Assembly (NCBI RefSeq): GCF_001194135.2 | Contig: NC_068990.1 | Span: forward strand, 84,698,830 to 84,742,130 | Reading direction: 5' to 3' | DNA length: 43,301 nucleotides | Origin: Octopus bimaculoides | Lineage: Eukaryota | Shown here: positions 34,157 through 43,301 of the stretch, in pieces | How positions within the stretch are numbered: position 1 is the first letter of the stretch | Layout of the letters: every line of letters begins with the position of its first letter | The notes under the pieces: model-generated | What the model was told of the DNA's origin: nothing | The model's database searches: none | What the model saw: only the letters and a program-made list of their open reading frames with translations | Position numbers and translations under genes: made by a program

Positions 34157-34261
34157 AATATTTAGCAGAAGTAACAGAGTGACTCAAGGTCCAAGAGCTA
34201 CATGCACTGAATGAACAAATCTATCAGACTTAGAATCACTCTGTTACTTCTGCTAAATATT
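34157..34261. repeat. perfect 26-bp inverted repeat with a 53-nt spacer (MITE-like)
   Basis: aatatttagcagaagtaacagagtga (34157-34182) and tcactctgttacttctgctaaatatt (34236-34261). Confidence 0.9.
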
Positions 34262-34263
34262 TT

Positions 34264-34310
<47 letters not shown>

Positions 34311-34312
<2 letters not shown>

Positions 34313-34458
34313 TCATCATCATCATCATCATTGTTTAACGTCCGCTTTCCGTGCTAGCATGGGTCGGACGATTTGACTGAGGACTGGTGGACCAGGAGGC
34401 GACACCAGGATCCAATCTGATTTGGCAGAGTTTCTACAGCTGGATGCCCTTCCTAATG
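34311..34458. mobile_element. family D interspersed repeat, running into a gap
   Basis: (CAT)n then tgtttaacgtccgctttccgtgctagcatggg...ctggatgcccttcctaatg. Related pieces at 13312, 36790 and 41680-41885. Confidence 0.7.
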
Positions 34459-35639
34459 NNNNNNNNNNNNNNNNNNNNNNNNNNNNNNNNNNNNNNNNNN
34501 NNNNNNNNNNNNNNNNNNNNNNNNATAAAATTTCCAAATTTTAATTAATTTGCTTGCGGGAAGGACTGCTCCAACGAAGTTGCGTATCGTCCTTGTTTTC
34601 GAAACACGGAATAGATGGAGCAGGGACAACTGAAGAAGGGAAATATTCTTTATGTTGCATGTCTCGTTTCTCTGTTTGTCTTCTTTGTTGTTTGAAAAAC
34701 AAGTTCGTTTTCTGTCTTCGTCTTTATGTTTTCGTTTCTCATTGTGTTTAACGTTTTTTGTGATGTCCTGTACCTATATATGCTTGTAATGTATACATAT
34801 AGATGTCGGTATGTACATATATGTATGGATATATGCATATAATTATATATTATTTATATGACAGGCTTCTATAGCAATATGAAATATATATGTACGTAGA
34901 CACTGATTTGAGATAAAAAGATAAAGAAGAGCACAACTTGTCAACTGACCGACTAATATTACTATTATCACCAGCTGTAATAGTTTTATAGTTTTGCACT
35001 GGTGGTAAGGGGGGAGGGAAGAGACAGAAGGGGAGAGAGAGAAAAAGTAATCAAACTTAATTGTAATTCACTGAGAAGAGAGGATGGGAAGCAAACATCA
35101 CATTTAACACACAAAGTTTCTCTATTATAGACATTCATTATCGAAATATAGGTTTGTAAGACTGGCAAAACTGTGAGGGAGCATGTGTACTCACTGGACA
35201 TTTACTCTCGTGGAGACAAGTATACTTCTGTGAGAGACACATAAATACACTCACTTATCTGAGAGTATTTATGTAACACAAATATTCACACATATACATA
35301 CACACGAGCACGCTCATGCACAAATACCCAACATATACACACACAAAAATTGAAAATAATCCTTCAGTTATTGTTAAAGGATAACAGTGCCATCTGATTG
35401 AAGGATGTATTTGTAGTTAATGTCCAGTCTTAGAATACTCAAGGCTCATTAATCAATATGGAACTTGATTAATCTTCGTATACCAGTAATTAGAGCAATA
35501 AAAGAATAAAGCAATAAGTAGTATACCCTTTTGTATTCTGATAAACAAGCAATCCCTTCAAAATATTATGGACAAATATATACATACTACAAATAGCCAT
35601 TCACACATACAGAGACACATACAATTATACATAGTCCAT

Positions 35640-35749
35640 CAACATATATGTGTGTGTGTATATATAGATATATATATATACACACGCACACACACACATA
35701 TATATAGACAGACAGACAGACAGACAGATAGATAGATAGACAGACAGGC

Positions 35750-35804
<55 letters not shown>

Positions 35805-35935
35805 GAGATAAATAGATAAAGAGTAGATAGATAGATAGAGAGATAGATAGATAGATAGATAGAGAGATAAATAGATAAAGAGTAGATAGATAGAGAGATA
35901 GATAGATAGACAGACACACAGACATAGATATAGAG
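35640..35935. repeat. compound (TA)/(CA)/(GACA)n/(GATA)n microsatellite
   Basis: Directly visible. It produces the LSIY-repeat ORFs in the track. Confidence 0.95.
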
Positions 35936-36138
35936 CATACAGATGCCAAACCAAATCTCAATACTTCAAAAACAAACAAAGGAAGCCGTCATCACTTTCC
36001 AGCAACCACTAGCATCTCCAGATCCATTCAATGGAATATACAAATGACAAATAATAAGACAAGGATTAAATGATAGGCCAGATTCTAAAGGAAATTTATT
36101 ACATTAATAGAAAGATGTTATTATAGGTTAATATCAAG

Positions 36139-36780
36139 GCGGCAGAGATAGCAGAATTGTTAGCCATCTGGGCGAAATGCTTACTTTTTTTTTTTACTCT
36201 TTTACTTGTTTCAGTCATTTGACTGTGGCCATGCTGGAGTACCACCTTTTAGTCGAGCAAATCGACCCCAGGACTTATTCTTTGGAAGCCTAGTACTTAT
36301 TTTATCGGTCTCTTTTGCTGAACCGCTAAGTTACGGGGACGTAAACACACCACCATCGGTTGTCAAGTGATGCTGGGGGGGACAAACACAGACACACAAA
36401 CTTATACACACATATACATATATATATATACATATACATATATACGACGGGGTTCTTTCAGTTTCCGTCTACCAAATCCACTCATAAGGCTTTGGTCGGT
36501 CCGAGGCTATAGTAGAAGACATTTGCCCAAGGTGCCACGCAGTGGGAATGAACCTGGAACCATGTGGTTGGTAAGCAAGCTACTTACCACACAGCCACTC
36601 CTGCTTAGCAGTATTTTGTCTGCTGCTACGTTCTGAGTTCAAATTCCACCAAGGTTGACTTTGCCTTTCACCCTTTCAGGGTTGATGAAATAAGTATTAA
36701 TTACACACTGGGATCGATGTAATCAACTAGCCCCCTTCCCCACCAAAAAAATTTTCAAGGCCTTGTGCCTGGAGTAGAAA
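36139..36780 (+). mobile_element. family B SINE interrupted by an inverted family A SINE (36184-36603)
   Basis: Family B head 36139-36183 resumes at about 36604 (ttagcagtatttt...gagttcaaattcc). TGCTTA occurs at both junctions (36178-36183, 36602-36607). Confidence 0.8.
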
Positions 36781-37545
36781 TAATTATTGGTTAATATCCA
36801 CTTTTCTATGCTTGCATGGATCAGACGGAGTTCGTTGAGGTAGATCTTCTGTAGCCGGATACCCTTCCTGTCACTCACCCTCACCTATTTCCAAGCAAGG
36901 TGATATTTCCCCACGGCCAGATATGATTTTCATGGAAGACTGGAAAGAAACAGTTTCATCTGTATGGCAGTGATGCTCATTTACAACCATCACATGATGC
37001 CAAGTCAAGCACACATACACAACAGGCTTCTTTCAGTTTCTATCTACCAATTCACTCACAAGGCTTTTGGTGAGCCTGGGGTTATAGTAGAAGACACTCG
37101 CCCAAGGTAACATACAGTGAGACTGAACTCAAGGCCATATGGTTGAGTGCTGTAGATTAACATCACCATCATCATACAAGCATTGTTGTTCATTTCCAGT
37201 GTTCTTTGAGAAATATGTCTAGTTATGAGGAAATATAGCCTTGCTAGCAAAACAGCGAGGGTTGGCAACAGGAGGAGCATCTAGCCATAGAAAATCTACC
37301 TCAATAAATTGTATCTGATCCTTGCAAGCATGGAAAAGTTGACATTAAATGACAATGACCATCATGATGATGGAATATAATATATGACTTATTTCTTTTG
37401 AACTATTTTTTTTCTCTTATATATATATTTTTTGCTAATCCATCTACTTTTTTGATTTCCGTATCTGTACAATCTGATATTCAAAGCACGTATTTCTATA
37501 TTATTTTAACAGTATATGATGCATGTGTGCGAACTGCCATAATAC

Positions 37546-37758
37546 ATGGCAGTGAAACATGCTGAGGACATGCGTAAGCTTGCAAGGAATGAAGCGAGTA
37601 TGCTCCGTTGGATGTGTAATGTCAGTGTGTATACAGGACAGAGTGTAAGTACCCTGAGAGAAAAGTTGGACTTAAGAAGCATCAGATGTGGTGTGCAAGA
37701 GAGACGACTGCGCGGGTACAGTCATGTTTTGCAAATGGATGAGGACAGCTGTGTTTGA
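37546..37758 (+). pseudogene. RTE-clade LINE reverse transcriptase C-terminal fragment
   Basis: AEDMRKLARNEASMLRWMCNV...LREKLDLRSIRCGVQERRLRGYSHVLQMDEDSCV matches the RTE pattern MLRW..G/NV...IR...I...RRLRW.GHV.RM. Confidence 0.88.
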
Positions 37759-37974
37759 CTTGAAATTAATCAATAATGACTGAAGAATTGAGGCTTCTAT
37801 GAAATGAACAGACTTTAGCCTTATGTGAACTAAAGAAGTTCACTTTTCTCTCCTTTATCCAAACGTCAGCAACGCCTACAGACTTACCAATGCAAACTGG
37901 GTGTACCATGGCCTGCTAAAGTCCTGAACATTTTGTAATTGTGTGTGTGTGTGTGTGTATGTGCGTAGTGGTGG

Positions 37975-38224
37975 TTGTTTGGCTCTAAATCAGCCTCCTG
38001 ATAAAGCAGACCAACAACGAAAGGTGTTCCAGCCATTAGCATCTAGTTAGGTTTTCAGATCTAGGACTACATTATTTCTGCTACCTTAAAAAAGTAAAAA
38101 GACACATAGGATAATGTAAGGGTGGGGGAATACTTAAAGGACAAAAAAATGAGACAGTCATGATTGGAATGCTATGTCTTCAATTAGAGGTTTGCTTAAT
38201 CAGAGTTAACCTGAAGCTAAACAA
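37975..38224. mobile_element. degenerate MITE-like element with long imperfect TIRs
   Basis: ttgtttggctctaaatcagcctcctgataaagcagacc versus ggtttgcttaatcagagttaacctgaagctaaacaa (inverted). Related pieces near 40020 and 42755-42830. Confidence 0.55.
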
Positions 38225-38456
38225 AAAGCAATCATCATCAACTCATTACGTACCATATCACCTAGACTGCCACCACCATGCATCACTAACAACACTATAT
38301 CACCCCCATTATCAATTGACACCACTTCCATACCATATCACCATCATCATCATCAAACCATCACCACACCATGACTATCACTATACACCCACCACCACCA
38401 CCACCACCACCATCATCCTTGCCAACAATAGAAGAAGGAGTCATTAACTAACTTAC

Positions 38457-38605
38457 CCTTTTACCAAGGTCCTTCACCAGGTATTCTTGTTCATTCTTCA
38501 GATCCTTAATTACATGTTCGTGGTGATGCAACTGCAACTGGTTCTGTAATTTCTCTTCATCGACATGTTTCTCCAAAGTTAAAAGCTGAAGCTGAAGTTC
38601 CAAGA
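38457..38605 (-). CDS. CCDC14: CCDC14-like internal exon (149 nt), coiled coil
   Basis: Acceptor tttgcaacag|, donor AAGG|gtaagt. Encodes LELQLQLLTLEKHVDEEKLQNQLQLHHHEHVIKDLKNEQEYLVKDLGKR. Phase 1 in, phase 0 out. Confidence 0.85.
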
Positions 38606-39790
38606 CTGTTGCAAATTGATGTTTAAAAACCAATATCAATGTTCTTATTAATCACTGACCAATATTGTCTTTGATACTGTCATAAAAGCATAGGAAACAA
38701 ATCTGGATATGTCCCAGTTCTAGTCCCCCATCAGCAAAGCATAAACTTCACCATCACGACCAAAGAAGTAAGGAGAGAATTACTAAAGAAATAATAAAAA
38801 TGTACAGTTGAAGGTGGAAATAAATAGAAATATTTAGAGAATAAATTACTCTTTCAAGATCATTAAATATGTTAAGTTAATGTTAACACATTTGATGCAG
38901 GGAGCATTATACATGTTAACTACAAGAAATACAGCACAAGATTAGTTAAGGATTTTCTGAATTATAACAATTTACAGGACCAGTATTTATCCCCAATTTC
39001 TCTTCAGACTGCAAAATCAATAACTGATTAATTTTACAAAAGGCTGCTGCTTCTACTTACAGCAGAGATCTTAATACCAAGGTAGTGTTTGCTTACAGCT
39101 AGATAGACTTAGAGTTCAGTGTTATGGCTATGGATGAAGTCCAATGCCAATCACAAAATATAGACTGTTACTCTTTGATTGTAAAACACACTGTACCACC
39201 CTGTGGCATAGTCTTCTAGCTTTTTCCACTGTGCAGTACAAAGTGCCAGACAATGAAGGAGACTGGGCAATGTTGAGAGTAAAGTGTCTTGGTTGTGTAT
39301 GCTCTGTATTTTCATAATATGAACTTCAATGTTTGGGTTACTTGTCTGGTAACTAAAAGACTCAACCATCTGCAGCACTTATATTCTTTTACCAATTTCA
39401 GCTATTAGATTGCAGCATGCTGGAATACCGTTTTCAAAGATTTTAGTTGATTGCACCACCCCAGTACTCATTTGAATCTGATACATACTTTATTGATTGA
39501 TTTACCAAATAATTAAAGTAACCTATTTATTATTATTATTTTACATTTTAATATTATTTTACACCTGTCTACACAGGCAGACATTCACAAATACACACAC
39601 AAAATATATTTCAACACAGTTTCTAGTTACCAAATCCCATGTACAAAGCATTGGTCATCTTAAGACTATATAGTTAAAGACTTTTTCCCAAAAGGTCATA
39701 TAAATTTTGTGACAGTAAAGCTAACTTCTTAACTACACAGTTTCTATGCCTGCACTTATATAATTAATCTCAGAAAATATTAACTTTCAC

Positions 39791-39855
39791 GTCTATGGTC
39801 TTCCTCCATCTTCTTTTCCACTTGAGCCTTCTCTTCAGCAAGCATCCTCAAACTC
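39791..39855 (-). CDS. CCDC14: CCDC14-like internal exon (65 nt; 71 nt if the 39785 donor is used)
   Basis: Acceptor gtttgtgattgcag|. Encodes SLRMLAEEKAQVEKKMEEDHR. Phase 2 in, phase 1 out, bridging the neighbouring exons. Donor ambiguous (gtgaaa versus gttaat). Confidence 0.8.
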
Positions 39856-40699
39856 CTGCAATCACAAACAAAATAATAACTCATAACCTATATTACAAGG
39901 CAAAGTGAACAAAACCTTACATCAAGTATAACTATGAATATAAATGTGTAGTAAATAAGATACTGGTGATGATTGTTGTTAATTACTCCCGAAGATAAAT
40001 TTAGCAGATATATAATTAAAGGCATCCCAGCCATGAGCATGCCTTGCTTTTTAACAGTGTAGTTTTTAGTTTATAAAATGGAGGATATGATATGCATGAG
40101 ATTTAGCTGCTATTTCCAGCATCTCAATCAACCATAGAGAATTTCTCTCTGGATATCAATACCTCAATATTGAATAGCTTTTGGTTTTATTTTGACAAAA
40201 TATTTTAAGAAAATTGAAAATGATGTTTATATGGTTCTTCAAATCTGGCCTCACATTTTTATAGCACTGCCAAAGTGTTATGAAGAGGAGTCTTCCTCTT
40301 CACAAGGGCCAGAAAGACTTCACTTCTTAGCTGTTACTAGCATTACATTTACACTGGAGTATAGCTCCAATATCTAAGACAGTGTTTGCATACACACACA
40401 TCCCAGATCACTTCCAAACGAAGACCATTTGGTTGATTAGCATAGACCTACTCATTCATTAACACACAAGGAAGTCTCTACAAAGTCAATCGAACTGCTA
40501 GAAACAGCAGTCAAATCTCCCTCAAATCACACCACCTTAAAAAGGAAAGGACACATTAAATAAGGTAATCCTACGTAACCCTGAAAAAGCAAGGAAGTCA
40601 CAACTGGTATGTCACTGATCACGTCAGTCAGCTCAATCAGGGATTACAGGGGGCCAATCAACGACACTGACTTCTGTTTTTACTGCAATAGCTACTGCT

Positions 40700-41000
40700 C
40701 CCTTAGACTAACATGATATATGCTGCTCTCCAACTCAGCCCTCCTGTTGCACCAGCTCTCATCCTTTTTAATGCATTCACCACCACCACCACCACCACCA
40801 CCACCACCACCACCACCACCACACTACATTCGCCAAACTCAGATCCTACAAGCCATTCAGCACTTTACTGAATCCTTCTTCCCTAAGCTGAAACCCACCT
40901 CTGGAATTACTTCCATGCAGGAACCAACTTACAAAGTTCAAGCTGAACATCAACTAGATAATTCTCACTAATTTGGGAGGACGTACAAAAGTCAGAAGCA
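40700..41000 (+). mobile_element. possible CR1/L2-like LINE 3' fragment with (CCA)n
   Basis: FTESFFPK...(frameshift) THLWNYF resembles the SFFPRT..LWNSLP LINE C-terminal motif. Confidence 0.4.
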
Positions 41001-41887
41001 CTGACACTCCACTTCCAACCAATTAATACAACTTAAGAACAATAAAAAAAATTAAAAAATGAGGTGAACTAAATTTGAATTGGAATTAAAACCATGCTGT
41101 TCACTGTAGAAATCAGGATGCTTGACAGGGAAAGCAAAAAACTATTCATGCAATTATGTAAATGAGTTGTACCTAAGCATGTATTTACATTTTAATGAGT
41201 CGTCTCTGCTATTTATGCTTGGCATCTTGATTCGGAGAAGTAAATGAATCTTAATGACTTGTTAAGTAACAATGAGACCAGTAACTTAATCCTCATCGAA
41301 GTCCCCAATAAACACCCACATGGGACCCAATTTCATAGCAAGACAAATACATTTGAATATTACCAAGTTATTTATTTCTAAACATTGTAGTTGACCAAGT
41401 AGATGAGGCATTGGTCTACTAATTAATAAGTGAACGGTTTGCATTTTATCAAAGGTGCAGTACTGAGAAAATTTATCAAAGACTCTTAGAAAACTGATGG
41501 CTCAGTTGTTATAGTTTTAAATAGATGCCATGGTGATGTACAATTCACTCAGTAAGGACAGTTACTTTGTGATGGATGTTTAGTCTTAGCTCAATTCTGA
41601 GTCAGTAGAACGATGATCAAAGGTTTCCAATGTGACTATCATGGGCTGGACAAATGTTATTTTGATACATCGTTTTACAGTTGGATGCCCTTCCTTACAC
41701 CAACCCTCATCTGTTTTTCAAGTAAGGGACAACTTACTCATCATGGCTTCAAAGCCATGAGGAGACCAGATGATTTGTTGACAGGACTGACAACACCATC
41801 ATTTGCTGCTCTTTTGTATAAGTAATCACAGATGTAAGCAAACGCAAACACATTATTTATCATCATCATTGTTTAACGGCCACCTTC

Positions 41888-41955
41888 CAGAAGTGTGTAT
41901 GAGTGGATCAAAAAGTTTTTAAATGGTTGGACAAGTGTGAAGCATGAAGAGGGTG
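41888..41955 (+). pseudogene. short mariner HTH fragment
   Basis: VYEWIKKFLNGWTSVKHEEG resembles mariner VYEW.KRF..GR.SV.DE.RSGRP. Confidence 0.55.
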
Positions 41956-41982
41956 CATACAGAAATTATAAATTAAACTTAC

Positions 41983-42124
41983 TTGTGCAATCGGTTATTT
42001 TCTGTTCGTAATGGTTGTAAAGCTAAACAAAATTCAGTCTGAAGGTCAAAGGTATCTTGAAGCTGAGGCAATGTATTTACAAGGTCTTCTAACTGATTCA
42101 CCATTCGAATAATTTCACGGTGAT
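41983..42124 (-). CDS. CCDC14: CCDC14-like internal exon (142 nt)
   Basis: Acceptor ttttttattaaaatgtttag|, donor ACAA|gtaagt. Encodes HREIIRMVNQLEDLVNTLPQLQDTFDLQTEFCLALQPLRTENNRLH, resembling recalled CCDC14 EIQRLI...DIQVEIALAMQPLRSENAQLRR. Absent from the ORF track. Confidence 0.88.
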
Positions 42125-42313
42125 CTAAACATTTTAATAAAAAAAAAAAGAATTATAATTAAACATTAAAATAGAGTTCAAATCCCACCAAGTTCATCTT
42201 TGGTTTTCCCACTTCCAAAATCAATAATATAAGTACCAAACAAGTAGTGATACAATTGACTTAAAACCCATCACAGCCACAGTCCAATAAGGAACCATTA
42301 AAATATCAAATAT

Positions 42314-42353
<40 letters not shown>

Positions 42354-42387
42354 TAAAATTTTGTCCATTTTCAAGAGAAGTTGCTAC

Positions 42388-42432
42388 TAGTTACATTTGA
42401 TGTCTTCTTTGAACAGTCTGATGTCAGTTTAC
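42388..42432 (-). CDS. possible further small exon of the CCDC14-like gene
   Basis: Strong acceptor ttgtttctttccag| at 42433-42434 and open frame (G)KLTSDCSKKTSNVT. The only phase-compatible donor (gtagca) is weak. Confidence 0.3.
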
Positions 42433-42944
42433 CTGGAAAGAAACAATGCAATTGTTAATAAATAAGAATTGAAATTAATGCATGCAAGAATTCACAGCTC
42501 TAGCATCACTTAGCCAATGAACTTTTCAGTCCACCTGTGTGTGTATGCATGCACATGCAGTTTTCCTTAAGCTCAAAGTCAACTTGTAAAAGAGAGTGGT
42601 AAAGTCAATTGAATAGACCCCAGTATATTACTGGTTCTTAGTTTATCAATGCCCATAAGGATAAAAAGTAAAGTTTAAATAGCATTAAACTGTGAAATAA
42701 CTTGCGGTTTTTTTTTTATGACACTCTCATCACTCATTGGCTTAAGACAGTGAGATTTAGCCCAGATCAGTCCTGACCCAAAACACCCAGAATCAAAATC
42801 ATTCCAGCCATAGCCATCATGTTTTATACTCAATGTACCTAACACAACAATGTCCATTCTTTAAGATGGTTATTATTATTTAAAGCAGGCTGGGTAACTA
42901 CATAGCGGTTCTTTTGTTGGCTTGTGTAGTAACTTAGTGCTTTA

Positions 42945-43301
42945 TCTATATATATAAAAATGAGAATGTGTGTCTGTCTGTCTGTGTGAATCCCTAAAAC
43001 TCGAGAACTACGCAACCAATTTCATTCAAACTTTACACATGCCTTACTTAGGGTTCCAGTTGTGTTTTAGTCAAAAAAAATTATTAACTTCTTGCAGAGT
43101 TCGAGCACACGGCAACATAATATCTCCTCCACTATTTAAGTATTACGTGTCAAAAGTGAAACAAAAACACTTATGTCAAATACTTTCACTTTAAAAATGA
43201 AACTATTCCACTAACTGAAACAATCACATTTCGATACTGTAGTGACAGATACTTTCACAGAGAGAGAAAGAGAGAGACAGAAAGAGAGAGATGTATATGT
43301 A
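42945..43301 (+). mobile_element. non-autonomous Helitron, 5' part (runs to window end)
   Basis: A|TC start at 42945. By eye it differs from 28457-28833 by two substitutions plus microsatellite length. Confidence 0.75.

Noticed and set aside
34570-34680. Third hammerhead around ctgaagaaggg (34631)
   Set aside because: No GAAA-stem III-NUH in a workable arrangement; probably a truncated relative of 11094-11125.
35587-35979. Repeat-peptide ORFs (LSIY, YIYI, CVCV, HTHT), also at 4135-4451, 16887-17281, 25028-25408
   Set aside because: Translations of microsatellites.
40163-40266. Extra CCDC14-like exon (CYKNVRPDLKNH...SIL) with ag/gt ends and phase 0/2
   Set aside because: The 41983-42124 exon already splices in phase to 39855 and gives continuous similarity to CCDC14. 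This peptide shows none and its acceptor is weak.

Overview
AT-rich, gapped (six N runs), microsatellite-rich animal genomic DNA. The SINE-like repeat families resemble those I recall from Octopus genomes (inference, not a database result). The right part (about 26.45-43.3 kb) holds the 3' portion of one minus-strand spliced gene. Six exons (41983-42124, 39791-39855, 38457-38605, 32433-32626, 30284-30412, 26550-27399) have GT-AG sites and fully compatible phases. They encode a coiled-coil protein whose motifs (LALQPLRTEN, ILQLTVEQRDREI, C-terminal FRNGLASLDADIAQLEQS) match CCDC14 as I recall it; the 5' exons lie beyond the window. The left 26 kb has no recognisable host gene and is a mosaic of mobile-element remnants: two solo LTRs of one family, mariner, hAT, RTE and CR1-like fragments, Helitron/Helentron derivatives, MITE-like foldbacks, tRNA-derived SINEs and a Penelope-like block. 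Top leads: (1) two hammerhead-ribozyme-type motifs on the minus strand about 440 nt apart, one with an intact core and a roughly 100-nt stem II; (2) a near-identical inverted Helitron pair flanking the five internal CCDC14-like exons seen here; (3) a complete 91-bp mini-Helitron; (4) a foldback element with a central telomere-repeat palindrome; (5) a promoter-like island with two tandem paralogous small ORFs. Most long ORFs in the supplied track are artefacts of N gaps or microsatellites.
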